From Pocillopora damicornis (lineage: Eukaryota): DNA of 64,000 nucleotides. Below, piece by piece: positions 22,900-35,000 of this stretch; within the stretch, counting starts at the first letter, position 1; every line of letters starts with the position of its first letter. Location of the stretch: positions 62,001-126,000 of the forward strand of contig NW_020844865.1 of NCBI RefSeq assembly GCF_003704095.1. The letters are read 5' to 3'. A model generated the notes under the pieces. It was not told the origin of the DNA and did no database searches. It saw nothing but the letters and a program-made list of their open reading frames with translations. Position numbers and translations under genes: made by a program.

Positions 22900-24171
22900 A
22901 TGCCTCATCTGAAAGTGAATGTGAACGGAAAGAAGTACACTATTTCTGGTATCACTCGTACAACATGCAGCAAACAGATCCTCTGCGCCTTGGCTAAAGT
23001 CGACGCAGAATTACGATCAAGACAAACGACTGAGCCAAAAGGCGACCCCCTCATGAATGCATCGGGAGCTTGTGTAGAACAAAACAGGAGGGCTAAGAAA
23101 GTTCGCGAGACGAGAAAAGAATTTAAGAGAGAAGAAAAGTGTACGAGGAGTAGGGAGACCGAGAAGAAGCAAAGAGAAGGAAGAAAACGTTCCAGTGGCA
23201 AAGTGCATATAACAAAACCAATGGAACTAACAAACAATGAAGGAATTCAAACGTCTAGTGGAATGTTCGAAGCAGTAGAGAAAAGCTCCGAGAATCAGCA
23301 AAACTGTTCACCATCGCTAAATGAACGAGAGGGTGTGAAAGAAAAAGTCGTCGAGAGCAGTTTTCGAACGGTGGAAGACTTAGACCGGAATATCAATGGA
23401 CGAGACACAAGCTCTGTGGACAGCAAGGAAAATAATGTTGAGGATAGCGCCAAAGACACTGATCATGACACGGGGATAAGTGAGTTACATTCAGACAGTT
23501 CATTTGAACAAAACCAAATCTTGCACCAAAATTCCGGCGTAAATGGAAGCTCAGCGAGGAGAACTTTAAACAGTACATTACAAATTAAAGTGAAATGCGC
23601 CTCTACGAACACAGATACCATAGAATTTGCTGATTTGGCATATTCGTGCATGCTCGAAAATAGTATATCAAACTTAGAGGACGACGAGTACATCGTTGCT
23701 GAACTGATTGGCAGTGAGACCGACGTTGAAATATTCGACGAATGCACATGTACATACATTGACTCAGAGACTGAAGAACTTCAACAAGAGATCGAAAAGA
23801 TTCGCGATGATTTAAAGTTAACAGAATCAAAGCTTATTGAGCAGGAGAAAACGATTGAAACGCTGAATGTCTTGATAGACGACGACGACGATGATGAATA
23901 TTGCGCCAACTGTGACGTCAACGATGACGTAAATAAGCGAATTGACGAACTTAAACAGTCAATCAAATTAAGTACTCAGTTGTATGATTATCAGAAGGTC
24001 GAGACGCAAGCAAATGCGTTGGAACTAGAGAAAGTTGAATCACAAATAAGGAGAAAACGATGGCACGTAGAGTGTCTGTTGAAAGAGCTCTATATGGCTC
24101 GGAATAGCCCACTTACTGGGAATGGACAAGGGAAATCTGCTCCCTTCCCGAGAGACGGTACCCTGGTCTAA
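22900..24171 (+). CDS. N-terminal RASSF (RASSF7-10; RASSF9/10-like) family protein, 423 aa, single coding exon
   Basis: The N-terminus LKVNVNGKKYTISGITRTTCSKQILCALAK matches the start of the RASSF7-10 RA domain (LKVWVDG..R.VCGVT..TTCQEVV.ALA). It also has a DTGISELHS motif, C-terminal coiled coils and a GTLV* end. A splice acceptor lies 40 nt upstream (22859), with a candidate UTR-exon donor at 20204. Confidence 0.75.
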   Translation: MPHLKVNVNGKKYTISGITRTTCSKQILCALAKVDAELRSRQTTEPKGDPLMNASGACVEQNRRAKKVRETRKEFKREEKCTRSRETEKKQREGRKRSSGKVHITKPMELTNNEGIQTSSGMFEAVEKSSENQQNCSPSLNEREGVKEKVVESSFRTVEDLDRNINGRDTSSVDSKENNVEDSAKDTDHDTGISELHSDSSFEQNQILHQNSGVNGSSARRTLNSTLQIKVKCASTNTDTIEFADLAYSCMLENSISNLEDDEYIVAELIGSETDVEIFDECTCTYIDSETEELQQEIEKIRDDLKLTESKLIEQEKTIETLNVLIDDDDDDEYCANCDVNDDVNKRIDELKQSIKLSTQLYDYQKVETQANALELEKVESQIRRKRWHVECLLKELYMARNSPLTGNGQGKSAPFPRDGTLV

Positions 24172-24609
24172 CAAAATCATTTGACATAAGGTTGTTATTT
24201 TCATATTTACTTCGTTCTATTTGGAAACTTTGTTTTTGACTGGAAATATCGAAGTTTCTCCGTGATTCCCATGTGTTAGTTAGTAATGTATCTATCGGGA
24301 TCCTCATGATTGATAATTTGTCAATTTTTAAATAAAGATGGCTAAATAAAAGTTGAAATTGATTTCTCCCTTTACTGCCTGTATTATTTACTAATCAAAT
24401 GGAACTTAGTTTTCTTCCATTAAAGACAGTAGTGCAAAATCTATTCCGTTGGTTTCCATCCAGCTGTTGTAGTTTGCAAGGATTGGTGGGTCGTGTGAAA
24501 GGAAAGTGGCATGCCTTTTATGAGATGTGGTCATGCTTATGCTCACTTGTTGTTTGATTATCAAAGACCGGCACCACTATTCCTTAGGGTATACAAACTC
24601 GTGATTTTG

Positions 24610-24742
24610 TGCAACATGAATAAAGGGGTTGGGGAGAGTATAGCGGGTAATTTGGTGTTAACAACTGAGTTGAAAACATAAATTGGCCACAGTAAAGGGT
24701 AAAAAAGCTGACGTTTCGAGCGTTAGCCCTTCGTCAGAGCGA
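24610..24742 (-). mobile_element. Penelope-like element terminal repeat / non-autonomous derivative
   Basis: Carries a minimal hammerhead motif of the type associated with Penelope-like elements. A second partial copy lies at 457-506. Confidence 0.6.
24707..24740 (-). ncRNA. Minimal type I hammerhead ribozyme motif
   Basis: The minus strand reads GCU CUGACGA A GGGC UAAC GCUC GAAA C GUC AGC: core CUGANGA and GAAA, stem II GGGC/GCUC, stem I GCU/AGC and a GUC cleavage triplet. Confidence 0.7.
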
Positions 24743-27700
24743 TTGGCCGTTCTTGAGAAATTTTATTTCCGCCTGTGCGTGATTCTAGTGCACATATTCA
24801 GCCTTGACAAATTCAAAATGTTCGTGAAAAATCCGATTTTTCCCAGATTGAATAGAAGATGATTTGTGTATTCTAGTGTCATTTGAAATAAATTTAGAAA
24901 ACGTTGCCCACTGTTACTGTTGTGTTACAAAAAAATTTCATTCCAGCGTTGAATGAATGAGTCTTTTGTGGAGCTTATTCGAATGACAATGTAAGGGATA
25001 AAACTTATTAAAAAACGAGCACGCCTTCAGGAACTTAAACACATCTTTCTCCAGTCAAACGGTTTTAATAGATCCAAGCCCTCGTGAAGGTAAAGATGTT
25101 GTTTAGCTTAAATGGTTGTGTTTTTTTTTTCAAGTGAGTTTTGGTAAACAAAAAAAATGTAATAACTGCAAGGCTAACTGATTATTCTATGGAGCATCTT
25201 CAGTTTACGCTTGAAGCTATCTTCGAGCTACTTACGCCTCTTTTAAAAATGGGTCAGTGTTTTGTTATTTAACAACACAAGCTTCTGGACTTGCTACCGT
25301 AAATGAAGCGGAAAAGGTAATCGTGCCGTAGAATTTGTGTTAAATTGTTTCTACGACCTATTAAAACGATGTTTTTCCTTTTTTCTTCTTCCTTATTTTT
25401 TAAACAGAGAAACGAGCAGCTCAACCAGCTACTAGTGAACTTCTATTCGTGGCAGAAATACAAACAGGTTTGAACAAACTTTTTTCGCTGAGATATTTAT
25501 TAAAATTTTGATTGCATGATAGAGAGAATATGGATACAAAATACAGAAAAAGCTTAGCCCCTTTCTTGAAGATTTTGGTTGATGTGGCTCAAGATTTATT
25601 TTGTCATTGTTAGTACAAAAAATGGGCTAAATTATTTAAGCGTTGAGATGTGTCAGGGTAAAAAGAACGTACTTGAAATTTGAATACTTAACAAAAGATA
25701 CGATGCCTCGTGCTTTGTTGAGACAAATAGTGCAGTTATCGAAAGTTGTTTTAACAAAGACATTCCTTAAAAAATCCTTCGTTTCTCGGAAACTGTGCTC
25801 GCTTATTACAAAGAGCTTTGTTAGCAAAAATCAGCTCTTTGAACAAATATTTATATAATTGCGAAATATATTTTTCTTTGACAGAAAATAGCGAGAACGC
25901 GCGTGACTGAAGATTTCATATTAATACTTGGAATTCAAAAATCTCTCTTAAGTTAGACTTGCTTGGGTTTTGCAAAAGAAAACTGAAAGTCATAAGTCGG
26001 GTGTTTGGTTTTGCGTATGTTTGACTTATTAAAAGCCGGCTGTTCATATCGTGGGCTACAGTTGTTTTCCTTAATTAAAAAGGAAATTCTCAAGAGGTCT
26101 GAGAACTACACGAGTAAATATAGCAAGGCTTCAGAGAATTAATAGTCCATATTAGAAGGCTTGAAGGCTGTTAAAAACGTCTGGTGTGTACCGAAAGTGG
26201 AAACGTCGTGCTTCTTTTAATCTTAGAATTTCGGCGGAGGTGAAAGCTCGAACCACAAGCTGCTTTGATGCGAGACTGAAATATGTGTTGTGTTGCCACT
26301 AAACTCAAGTTCTTTAGTAATGTGCAAAATAAGGGCACTTTTTGATTTCGTCGAAGGAGTTTTCAGTAAACAAATGCATCAACGAGGAGCGACTCTTAAT
26401 GAGTGTCTCAGTAGTTTATTTCACTCTTGCATCATCTTGCCTGTTGCATAAATGTAGAAGCTTTGCGTGCTCTAAAGACTTTGAGCTACAACGATGAATG
26501 TCGCAATTTCAACCTCAAAAATCGTGAATCAACTGATTTGTAACTGTTGATTTTAGAGAAAGAGAATTATAAAACAAAGGATAACGTAGTGGACGGACTA
26601 CCAGAAAAAAGTGTGAGAAAGTAGAACAAGAAGGATGGAGGGTGTTTAGTCTAAAAGCTTTGTCTGCAAAGACAAGCTATGCACAACCTCGACGGTAAAC
26701 TGCAATCATACTTACGAGATAAACAGTAAGATTCTTCGGTTATAATCTCTATGAAATGGGGTACTTGTAGCGTGCTGATAATGATTAGGATTGAGGCAGC
26801 TTTTGCGATTGAAGCATTGCGTTTTTTAAATGTCTTGTATTTTCCAATATTTCAAATGTATGTTTTTTTACCCATTAAGTTAGCATTTACACAGGCCTAA
26901 TTTGAAGGATGAAGATAATATATTCAAGTGCAAGCGGTCATTCCATTTCAGCAAGCTCTAGGTTGTAATTCTTCGTTCCTTCATCGTTTTGGAATAACTG
27001 GATTTTTTTCGTCTGATTGTAGATAATCGTTAACACTTTGCTCACAATCAAGATATATTAATACTACCCTTTTATTGACAATAAAACACATAAAACACAT
27101 TTCGTCGGCTTGAAAGTGTTTTCATCTAGCATTAATGCAGGGTATTAATTACATCACAGATAAGTCCCACGGCACAACATGATTCACTTATTTACAAGCC
27201 TTAATCTACCTTAATTTATCATTTTGCATCGTTAAGTAGATTTTACATCAAACCTACAAATGTTTTATCTATCAGTGATCTTGAATAAAAAAAGAAATGT
27301 TTTTTTTTTCCTCTGGCATGTGATGCAATGAAAAGTCCGGCAGTTAAACATATCACAATATTGAAACTGACATTTATTTTTCTTAACAAAACTCAGTTAA
27401 GCCTGAGATATTTTATCGATGGACGTAATTCGACGCATTTCTGTCGATCGATTAACAAATGTTTGGAGCCAGCGATCTAGAGATTTCATTATTGTATTGG
27501 TAATTTACTCAGCAACAAAGGAGATCTTTTGCTGCTTTTATAGAAAATTTTTAGTAACGAGCAAACAGAAATCTGCATACGCTGGATGGGATTATCCGCT
27601 TAAAGGCTAAACCGAAAAATTATCAGCACACAAAATGTTAAAGTTGCAATAATTCGTTGCAGGTTTCTCGTTCAAAATTTTGGTAGTAAACGTTTTAGTT

Positions 27701-27933
27701 CTAATAATTGGTTAAATACAAGTCGGAACCGACCAATTTTCCTAACTGTCTTAGTGCAAACCAATTTTGATTGCTTTCTTTTATCGACTTTTTTAAGCCA
27801 CACAATTTACGAAAAGGTCACACTCGGATAAGTTTAAGGGGGTTGTGATACTCTTTGAAATTTGTATTCCTTCAAATTTTCACGACCCAACTAAGAGTTC
27901 CATGTTTGTGGCTATTTTCGCATTTTCCTGATC

Positions 27934-29049
27934 TTACCGTGTTTGCTCCGCACGAAGGCTGTAAGAAAAACTTTGGAGTTCAGTCTGATGCACATTTTCA
28001 CACTTGAGTCCTTTCAATATCGCCTCGCGCACGTCTTTCCGTAGCAGTCCATAAAGTAACGGGTTGAACAGGGCAGTTCCGCACGCTGACGCTTCTGCTA
28101 CCTGCAAAGCCAGCGTCAAGCCGCTTGTTTTTTTCTCGTCAGCTGTGTGAAGCTCATATATCGACAAACAAAAGTAGGGCAACCAAGTCACCATGAACGT
28201 ACCGACAAGTAGAGCAATGATTTTAACTGTCTTGAGCTTTTTTATGAACGATCGGTTCGAGCTTCTTGTGCCGCTTTGCCCGTTTGGGTTCGATGCATTG
28301 ATTTGTCTCGCATGCTGCCGTGCTACGTAGTAAATTTTTATGTTTACCAGCAAGATACACAAACATGGTAGACCGAACACCAGGGCGAATCGCAGGACTT
28401 CGTAAAGTTTTGGAGTTCTACCATTTTCGTCTTTAAAAGCAAAGATGAGGAGGGCCTGGAATATCGATACCAGCCATATGGCAGCAATGATGACTGTGGC
28501 GCGAAAACGATTCAGGAACGCGTCGTACCTAAACGGGTATGAAATGGACATGAAGCGTTCCAGCGTAACGCCGGCCAGGTTGAGAAGTGACGCAGCGCCT
28601 AATAACGGAAACAACGTGTCCTTAGCTGTGGAGGCGTTTTGACCGGGGTAATACTGGCACCAGATATTCAACGGAACAAGGACACTGGCCATGAAGAAGT
28701 CGGCCATAGCCAGAGATAAGACAAATGCGTTTGTAATCGTCCACAGTCTACGAACGCGGCAAATTGTACCAATTACACACAAGTTGACAATCAAACCGAA
28801 TACTGCAACTAGTACAAAGTACGTAATGAGAACAGGTAGATTATATGGCAACACGTTCGTCGTCCTTGCCTTCGGCGGGCTGGTACTTGCCTTATCCAAG
28901 AGGTTTAAACAAAGGGAAAAATTACCCAAAAGACAGGGTAACACTTTATTGGAGTTATTGAGCTCTCTTAGTGCTGTGAAGTTGAATTGAGCATGGATAT
29001 CTGGACATTTTCGAAGCAGTTCTTCGACCGAGTCGATATCAGAAGCCAT
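27934..29049 (-). CDS. Orphan class A (rhodopsin-family) GPCR, 371 aa, single coding exon
   Basis: Seven hydrophobic segments with N1.50 (IVNLCV), SLAMAD, LERF, W4.50, TWLPYF and NPLLY. The ATG at 29049 follows an acceptor, and a UTR-exon donor lies at 29157. Confidence 0.93.
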   Translation of the reverse strand: MASDIDSVEELLRKCPDIHAQFNFTALRELNNSNKVLPCLLGNFSLCLNLLDKASTSPPKARTTNVLPYNLPVLITYFVLVAVFGLIVNLCVIGTICRVRRLWTITNAFVLSLAMADFFMASVLVPLNIWCQYYPGQNASTAKDTLFPLLGAASLLNLAGVTLERFMSISYPFRYDAFLNRFRATVIIAAIWLVSIFQALLIFAFKDENGRTPKLYEVLRFALVFGLPCLCILLVNIKIYYVARQHARQINASNPNGQSGTRSSNRSFIKKLKTVKIIALLVGTFMVTWLPYFCLSIYELHTADEKKTSGLTLALQVAEASACGTALFNPLLYGLLRKDVREAILKGLKCENVHQTELQSFSYSLRAEQTR

Positions 29050-32000
29050 TTTCACCTAATGAGTCAAGAGGAAAGAAAACACAACACCTTTAGGCTGTAA
29101 ATTTTACGCAGACTACATCCAAAATTTGGCAACCAGATTTTTTCACTTTGCCCTTACCTGTTGAGTCATTGTCCAAAAATTAAATTCCGCTTGGGATCAG
29201 AAACTACTTGAAACGAGTGGCTTTGCTCGTACTCGCTCCTTGCTTATTCAAAGCTAAAAATCAACAATTCAAGACTAAAATTAATTCTTCTCGAATACGC
29301 CGCTGAAACCAGGGTAACCGCCAGGCCGTAGGCATAAAGTCTGTTGAATTATTTGCCCACCTAAGTGACATGGAAATAGTGGGCAGGTGTAAGGGGAATC
29401 CTTCATCATTCTATTGGTTCAAAACACAATTGATTGAAATCAAGTTCTTCCAAAGCCAACATCAATCTGTCAGACACGGAAATTTTCTCATTTTTGTGTG
29501 GATATAGTTCTGAAATAGGCCAAAGAATATAATTGCTGATAATTTATCCCTGTTTTCCTGTTTTCGCTTATTTAATTTGTTTTACGAAAATGAGTTGAGC
29601 ATCATGCAATGATTATGTGCGACACACATTCTCTCTCTCTTTCTCTCTCTTTCTCAGTTTTAACGTAGGCTTGACCTCATTCTTTTCTTACTCAACCACT
29701 CAGTGACCAACTGTTTAAAATGGCCAATATGTCCTTTTTTTTTGTTATTTAGATTTTACAGTACAAATGACGATATGGCTTCTTAAGCGACATTAAAGAA
29801 GTACATCACAGTTTTCATCCAACTAACAAAAGATATTAAGAATTTTTCAAAATATCGACACCGTTAAGTCGAGCCAAGTCAAACAAATGAAAACGGCTAT
29901 ACGCTTTGTATTTGGGCCATTAAGTTATGCTAAAAATTAGACCGAGAGAGCAAAAAAAAAATAATAATAAAATTGTGAAAGGTGCCACAAAGTAGGGCGT
30001 TAATTTTTCCCGAGGATATTTTCCACTGCCCACTCATTTCCTAATTGCTTAGTAATCTTAAATAAGCTTTATGATGATGCAAACCCCTACAATAAGGGCT
30101 TAATGGCGTGAAAAATGCTATATTAGTAGAAAATAATCACAAAAATCGTGCGAAGATGTTTGAGGATGAACGAGACACAAATTTCAAATGATGATCTAGA
30201 ACTTTTTAACGCCTAACTCGAGGTGCATCAACCGTCAGCGATATATAACTCCCTATGATGATCAAAAGAATCAAAATTGTTAGTTGTTGTTAACTGAGTT
30301 TCAAGAAACACAAATGTTAAAAATATAGTGAGGTTCTATAGAACTGCATCTTATTAGAGCTCGAAAGCTCTACAGTGTGAGATTAAATTAACTTTAAGTA
30401 CCAGACAGCTGTCCTTGTCTTAACGAATAGATAGGCATTTTTCCGTTGTAAGTATATTGATTTCTTTTTACTCAATTAAAAGACGAGAACTCTTGGTAAA
30501 AAAAAAAAACTCAAAAGGAATACAACAGTTTTCTTAACATTACACTAAAAAAGCCCAGGTTCCGTGAGAGCAGAGCCAGTGTTATGTAGCTCGTGCTGTT
30601 CGAACTCCCTCATTTCTTTTTGCTAAATCATTCTCTTAGACTGGAAATCAGCAAGTATTAGTTAAAATTTGTAGTGGCCCGGACGTTACTCTAAAGATTT
30701 TTTCAGAACTAATGGATCGGCCAAGAAACACGCGCAACAATAATTACGGATTATTCCTGAAAGACTATTTGCATTACTAGGTTTTATTAATATTTGAGCG
30801 TGAAATGAGTTTTTTTCGAGGACCGGACACAGGAAAGTCACAGCACAGTTTACGCTGCCTACCTTCTTCCTTTGTTAGTGCTCCAAATTCCTTGATCCAA
30901 CCGACAAAAAGATCTTCAGGGGAATGAAAAGCCAGGACTGTTGCACATTCAAAGAGATCACATGTGTTATCGGAATAATGTATGATTTCATTAGTTTCTT
31001 TATTTGCAAAGAAAGTCTGATCTTATCATTAAACTGGATTTGGGCAAATTGAGCAATAAGAAAATAAAGACCTGTGGTAAATGTATGTCACGAGTTCGTT
31101 TTGGAATGAAACATTCTGATCGGTAAAACTGTGTCAACTGTCAAGAATAACGTTCCATCTGCGACAATTTCCTATTGATATAATTTTCTTAGGCATGAAC
31201 AGATATTGAAAGTAAGCGAGTGTAATAGTTTTTTTTTCAATGGATAACACAAGTCATTATTGCCTAGGTGAAACAGAAATCAATTAATCCTGATCTCAGT
31301 TACGGAAGCTTTTAACAAAAACTAACTTTGCCGAAATAACACTAATGAGAACCTTGGCGTTGGTAACAGGACAATAATTTAGCTTGCAGGCAATTCAAGA
31401 GTATTGAGTGTTTTTTTTAAAGATCATTTGCATGTGAAAAGGAATAATATTTCGCCTTTTGTAAAAGCCGAGGCTTGTCACCTTTGAGAGTAAATTACAG
31501 GCAAGACGAGGCCAAAGTATGAACAGCGTTATTTAAGATCCTAAAAAAAAATAGCTTGGTCTTTTTCCTCAAGAAAATGAAAAAAGAATGAGAAACTAAC
31601 CAGCTGGAGTGCAATATCAATTCTTTATCTGACTTCCATGCCGAGTTTCAGTCACTGGATGAGGAAATGTAATCCTTTATTAACGGGAATCTGCTATCAA
31701 ATGACTATGTAAAATATTAGCATTAGGAGCGGAAGTTTAATTTAAGAGCCTCTTTCCTTATGAAAAGATCCTTATCAGTGCCTATTAGCAACCCAAATGC
31801 ATTTAAATAAATCAACATTTGACAAACAAGTGTTATTCAAAACTTCGCAAACAAGCTTAGTCGAGCAATTCCTTATTTTTATAATACTTTTTCAATATTA
31901 TGCAGGACTATTACGATGCAAATGAAATTCTCTCAGTTAAATCTTCCCATAGTTTTGATTATCTCACTCTATGATTTGAGAATTTATTATAAAGAACCTA

Positions 32001-35000
32001 GAATAAAGGTCCCTAGATCAAATGATCAAAGTGTGAATGATTTACTTACGAACGTGATATTTATTCATGGCAAATAAAAACTTTCTTGTCCTAACTCCCT
32101 CTATTCCTATCTTTGCGCGGAACAAAGCTCCTAATTCATTGCACATAACATTCGATAAATTACTCGGTGGGTCTTAGTCAATTAATTTTTGGCATCTTTG
32201 ACATTAATATTAGCAAGTTGTTTAAACACCGTTCGCCATGCTTTTGCAAATTATCATAATTATTTCCTCGACTTTGTTTTCATCTTTGTTCAATCATTTA
32301 CCCAGTTCTTTTTGTATAAATGTGGATTAACTAAAATTTTTATCTCTCATTGGTGCAATTAACTGTCTCAATGAGATGATTGATAGCTGGCTGACATCAC
32401 GTACATTGTTTCTAATCAACAGTTATATGCACGTTTGCCGATAGCTTTTCTTCTTCCTAAAATTCTTATTTATTTGACGAAGATCTGCTCAAAAGCCGTC
32501 GATGTACTACGGGTGTAATATGAGTAACACACAAACCATAATAACCGGCTGTAACGTGTATGAAAAAGTACCATTTTTCTTTTTTTTTCTCTGAGTTTTT
32601 TTTAATCAAAATCATTGAAATTTCTATGTATCGACCGAAACTGTGAAACTCATGACGCTGCCAATACTCCAGTTGATATGTGAGGTATACATCACAAATA
32701 GGATAAGGGGTCTCCTTTATTCTGAACGTCATAACTGGAAGTTTTCGCTGACACCTAAAAACCGTACACATACAGTGATGTCATAAGAAGAGAACGGACA
32801 ATCTGCCGATTTGAAAAAGTGGTCAACTGTGAGTGTGAACGAAATATAAGGAACAGATTTTTGAAAAAAGTAAGTTGTGCGTTTCCCGCAGCGTTTAAGA
32901 CTGCCCTCTGTTGCGACAGCAAGACACGGGAAGTTCCCTCAGGAAAGTCCTGAACGTGCAGCGGCGATCTTGATAGGTTTGCTCATTATTTTATTAAGCG
33001 GGAATTCGCAAAAGAAAATTTATCATCAAGCTAGCTTCTCCCAACGCAGACCTGCTTGAGTATGTCTTGAGCGCTTACATAACTTTCACTTGTAACATTG
33101 AGTGCTTACAATACCTTTTACTGGTAACATTACAAATAAAAGAAGGAGTTGAAAGTTAACATCAGTCAGGGCTGCAGTAGAAAAGAACTCAAAATATAAA
33201 GAAGAAGAAACATTGCAGTTACTTATGAAAATTGTGATATACAATACATTCCTCATGAGATGTTTTACTTGAGGAGACTAATCGGTGAAAGACATAACAT
33301 CTTCTCTTGGTTTAAGTCGGCTGTCAGCCAATGAAAATACAAGACAGCATTATCTTTGCATATTTTATGAGTAACGCATTCATTGTTTTTAGCGAATATC
33401 TTATTAACATCAAGACAACGATTTTAAAGAAAAGGTATAACAGAAACACTTTCTTTGTTTTCGAAAAGGAAGAAAAGCAAAACAAGAACCTTAACTGGGA
33501 TTGCATGCAAACTAACAAACTAACAATAACTATTCTCTGCAGGTTACAGAATTGTCCAGACTGCAGAAGACGTTTTAATTTGTTAGTTATGGTTTATTTC
33601 ACGCAAAAAAGACACACTTTTTCGGTTTTCTTGACCTCAGATGTTTTCGTGCTGAAAGTATTAGACAGGTGCCATTGACGTATATGATAGGAATTTTCGT
33701 AGAACATTAAAAAGGAATATAAACGAACGACGATTTCTTCGGAATTCAGAGCATCAATTATATTTAGATATGCGGTATGTTTTTAAATGAACGGTGGTTT
33801 TGTTGAAAATAGCTGAGTGGGGGATTGATTGTTCTCTAACTCAAGCCATAAATTGACGGTTTTAGGGAAAACATCCCTTTACACACTAGGTTTTTGTAAA
33901 CAACGTCCGATGGTTGAAGGAATTTTGTCGTTTTGCTGAGGAAATGCCTTTCTTTCTGATGAGAATGCGGTCTTGAACATTTGCCTAGTTGAGGGGTGCG
34001 ATGGAATCTGTGACCTGAACGGTCTACTGAATTGTTCACAGGTAAAATACGATTTGTTTTTCTTTATTGTCACCTCCATAATATACTTGGTACTTAAATC
34101 ATACTGGATGATAGAATGTAGAACCATTTTATTCAAGGGGACGGCAACTGTTAGGAGAGTTTACCTGTCCACTGAAGCTGAAGCGTTTCTTTATTCAAAT
34201 ATCGCAAGAAAGAATCTAAATGAAAAGAAAAACCAACTTACGAAAACACCGTAATTCCGCATGATTAAGTATAATCTCATCAGACTGTAGCAAATAGAAC
34301 TAAACCATGCTCGCGTAATAAAAATGTAACTGATCCACTTCATTTCTTTTTCTTTACATGAGTATAATTCAATAATATTGAGCCGTCCCTTTAGCAAGTT
34401 CGTTACAGACGAAGTTATGTCGCTGATAAAGATTCAGTCATAACATACCGCAGATAACGTTTCTTGTTTTTGTTTCGCTGATATTCATATGGAGATGTCC
34501 ATGATTTCAGCACCCTGAGACATTTCTCCCTGTTCGACTCTGTGGTCATACATTTAGCATAATCTGAAAGCAGTGGACGAACCCAACATATGTGCGGTTA
34601 AATAATTACAAGTGTTACAAAAATTGATACCTAGATTTTAATTATTTTTCTACATGAATGATTTATTTTTCCACAAATCTTGAACTAAATCTGACTTACT
34701 CTAGACAAATAGCACATGTCATATTTTTGCCGGGTAAAGTTTTTGCTTTCCAGTAACCCAACTTTCCAGGTGAACGTAAATTCTTGATCTCCAAAACCTA
34801 GAAATTTATCGTCTGTTTTGAATTATAGTAGTTACATCAAACCTTTCAATTGTTTTTTTTTTCCTTCCAAATAAGAGGGAGTGGTTAGATTAACTGTTCC
34901 CACTGCCACACAGAGTTTCAACATTATAATGGATTTCTTTCAAAAGCGATAAAAAAGGGAGATAGTGAAAATCAGATATACTAGTAAGAGTCCAGAAGAA

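Noticed and set aside
32870-34041. Coding first exons for the plus-strand Kv gene
   Set aside because: Donor-like sites exist (33060, 34042) but the ATG-initiated frames hit stops; at most these are UTR exons and cannot be supported.
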